A stretch of DNA of 63,501 nucleotides, the filler included, from Octopus bimaculoides (taxonomy: Eukaryota), in assembly GCF_001194135.2 (NCBI RefSeq). It is 7 parts of 6 records of this genome, joined end to end, with 100 filler letters (N's around TTAATTAATTAA, not from the genome) between each part and the next. Parts side by side here need not be neighbours in the genome. Positions count along the whole stretch, not along the records: positions 62,050 to 63,501 come from NC_068987.1; 6 more parts are not named here. One strand, given 5' to 3'. Position 1 is the stretch's first letter. Each line of letters opens with the position of its first letter. The notes below the pieces were generated by a model, which was not told the DNA's origin, did not search any database, and worked only from the letters and a program-made list of their open reading frames with translations. Below, one piece after another: positions 62,990-63,501 of this stretch. The translations under genes and the position numbers were made by a program.

Positions 62990-63400
62990 TAAAGTTATCT
63001 AGGGAACCTGTTGATGGTTTATTATAGAAATGCTTACAGTAAATCGCTAATTTCTGCCTGCGGCTAATAAGGTTACTCTCTGATGTAAGTATTTGGAATG
63101 ACACCTCTAAGCAAAGTTCAATACTACGTCTTTCTAATTCATAAAGTTTTGCTCGACTTAGCATTGACCATTTGATCTCATATTCTGTCTTTTCGTCTCT
63201 TAGTTGATATATTAGCTGGCTAAGCGATATCCCATTTTCCTTGAATGACAAGGTGTGGTTGTAAATGCAGAGCTTAAATGTCATGAAGCACATCTACTCG
63301 TCAATACACCTGCTGTCAAAACACCGAGAAGTCATAGACAAGCCAGATAATTCGCATCAGGCCCCGTTGTAGAAGCGGTAGATATTAATGTTATATATTT
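62990..63400 (-). mobile_element. Penelope-like GIY-YIG endonuclease remnant
   Basis: TFKLCIYNHTLSFKE..SLSQLIYQLRDEKTEYEIKWSML.RAKLYE....ELCLE..FQILT...NLISRRQKLAIYCKH matches the PLE EN C-terminal pattern (FKxRYxNHxxSF..LSKYIWxLK..IKWSIL..CxLCLxEK..CRH). Confidence 0.7.
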
Positions 63401-63462
63401 TCCATACACTCACTGTTCTGACAATTTAAACACTATATTTCTCGTTTACTTACATTTCTGAC

Positions 63463-63501
<39 letters not shown>

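Overview
Eukaryotic, AT-rich, gap-ridden draft scaffold. The microsatellite density, tRNA-SINE types and LINE/PLE families point to a coleoid cephalopod, most likely Octopus (inference, not database-checked). No long intact host ORF is visible; most ORF-track entries are microsatellite or N-gap artefacts. What can be supported: (1) a dense mobilome, comprising a near-full-length decayed RTE LINE, other RTE fragments, an L1/Tx1 3' fragment, five RLE-type (R4/Dong-like) LINE fragments tied to (TAA)n tracts, Penelope-like (PLE) RT and GIY-YIG remnants, a mariner DD37D-like remnant, hAT MITEs with 8-bp TSDs, a HINE/DINE-like element and dozens of SINEs; (2) several PLE-type minimal hammerhead-ribozyme motifs, one structurally near-perfect; (3) weak to moderate candidate exons of unidentified host gene(s), many of them very short, inside CpG-depleted domains that suggest gene-body methylation. 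Most unusual observations: a PLE-RT joined to an RLE endonuclease at the RT/EN boundary, hammerheads with a recurring CCGANGA core, a foldback element with crossing (A-B-A'-B') inverted repeats, and a possible micro-exon-rich gene. All coordinates were read by eye; repeat boundaries are approximate.
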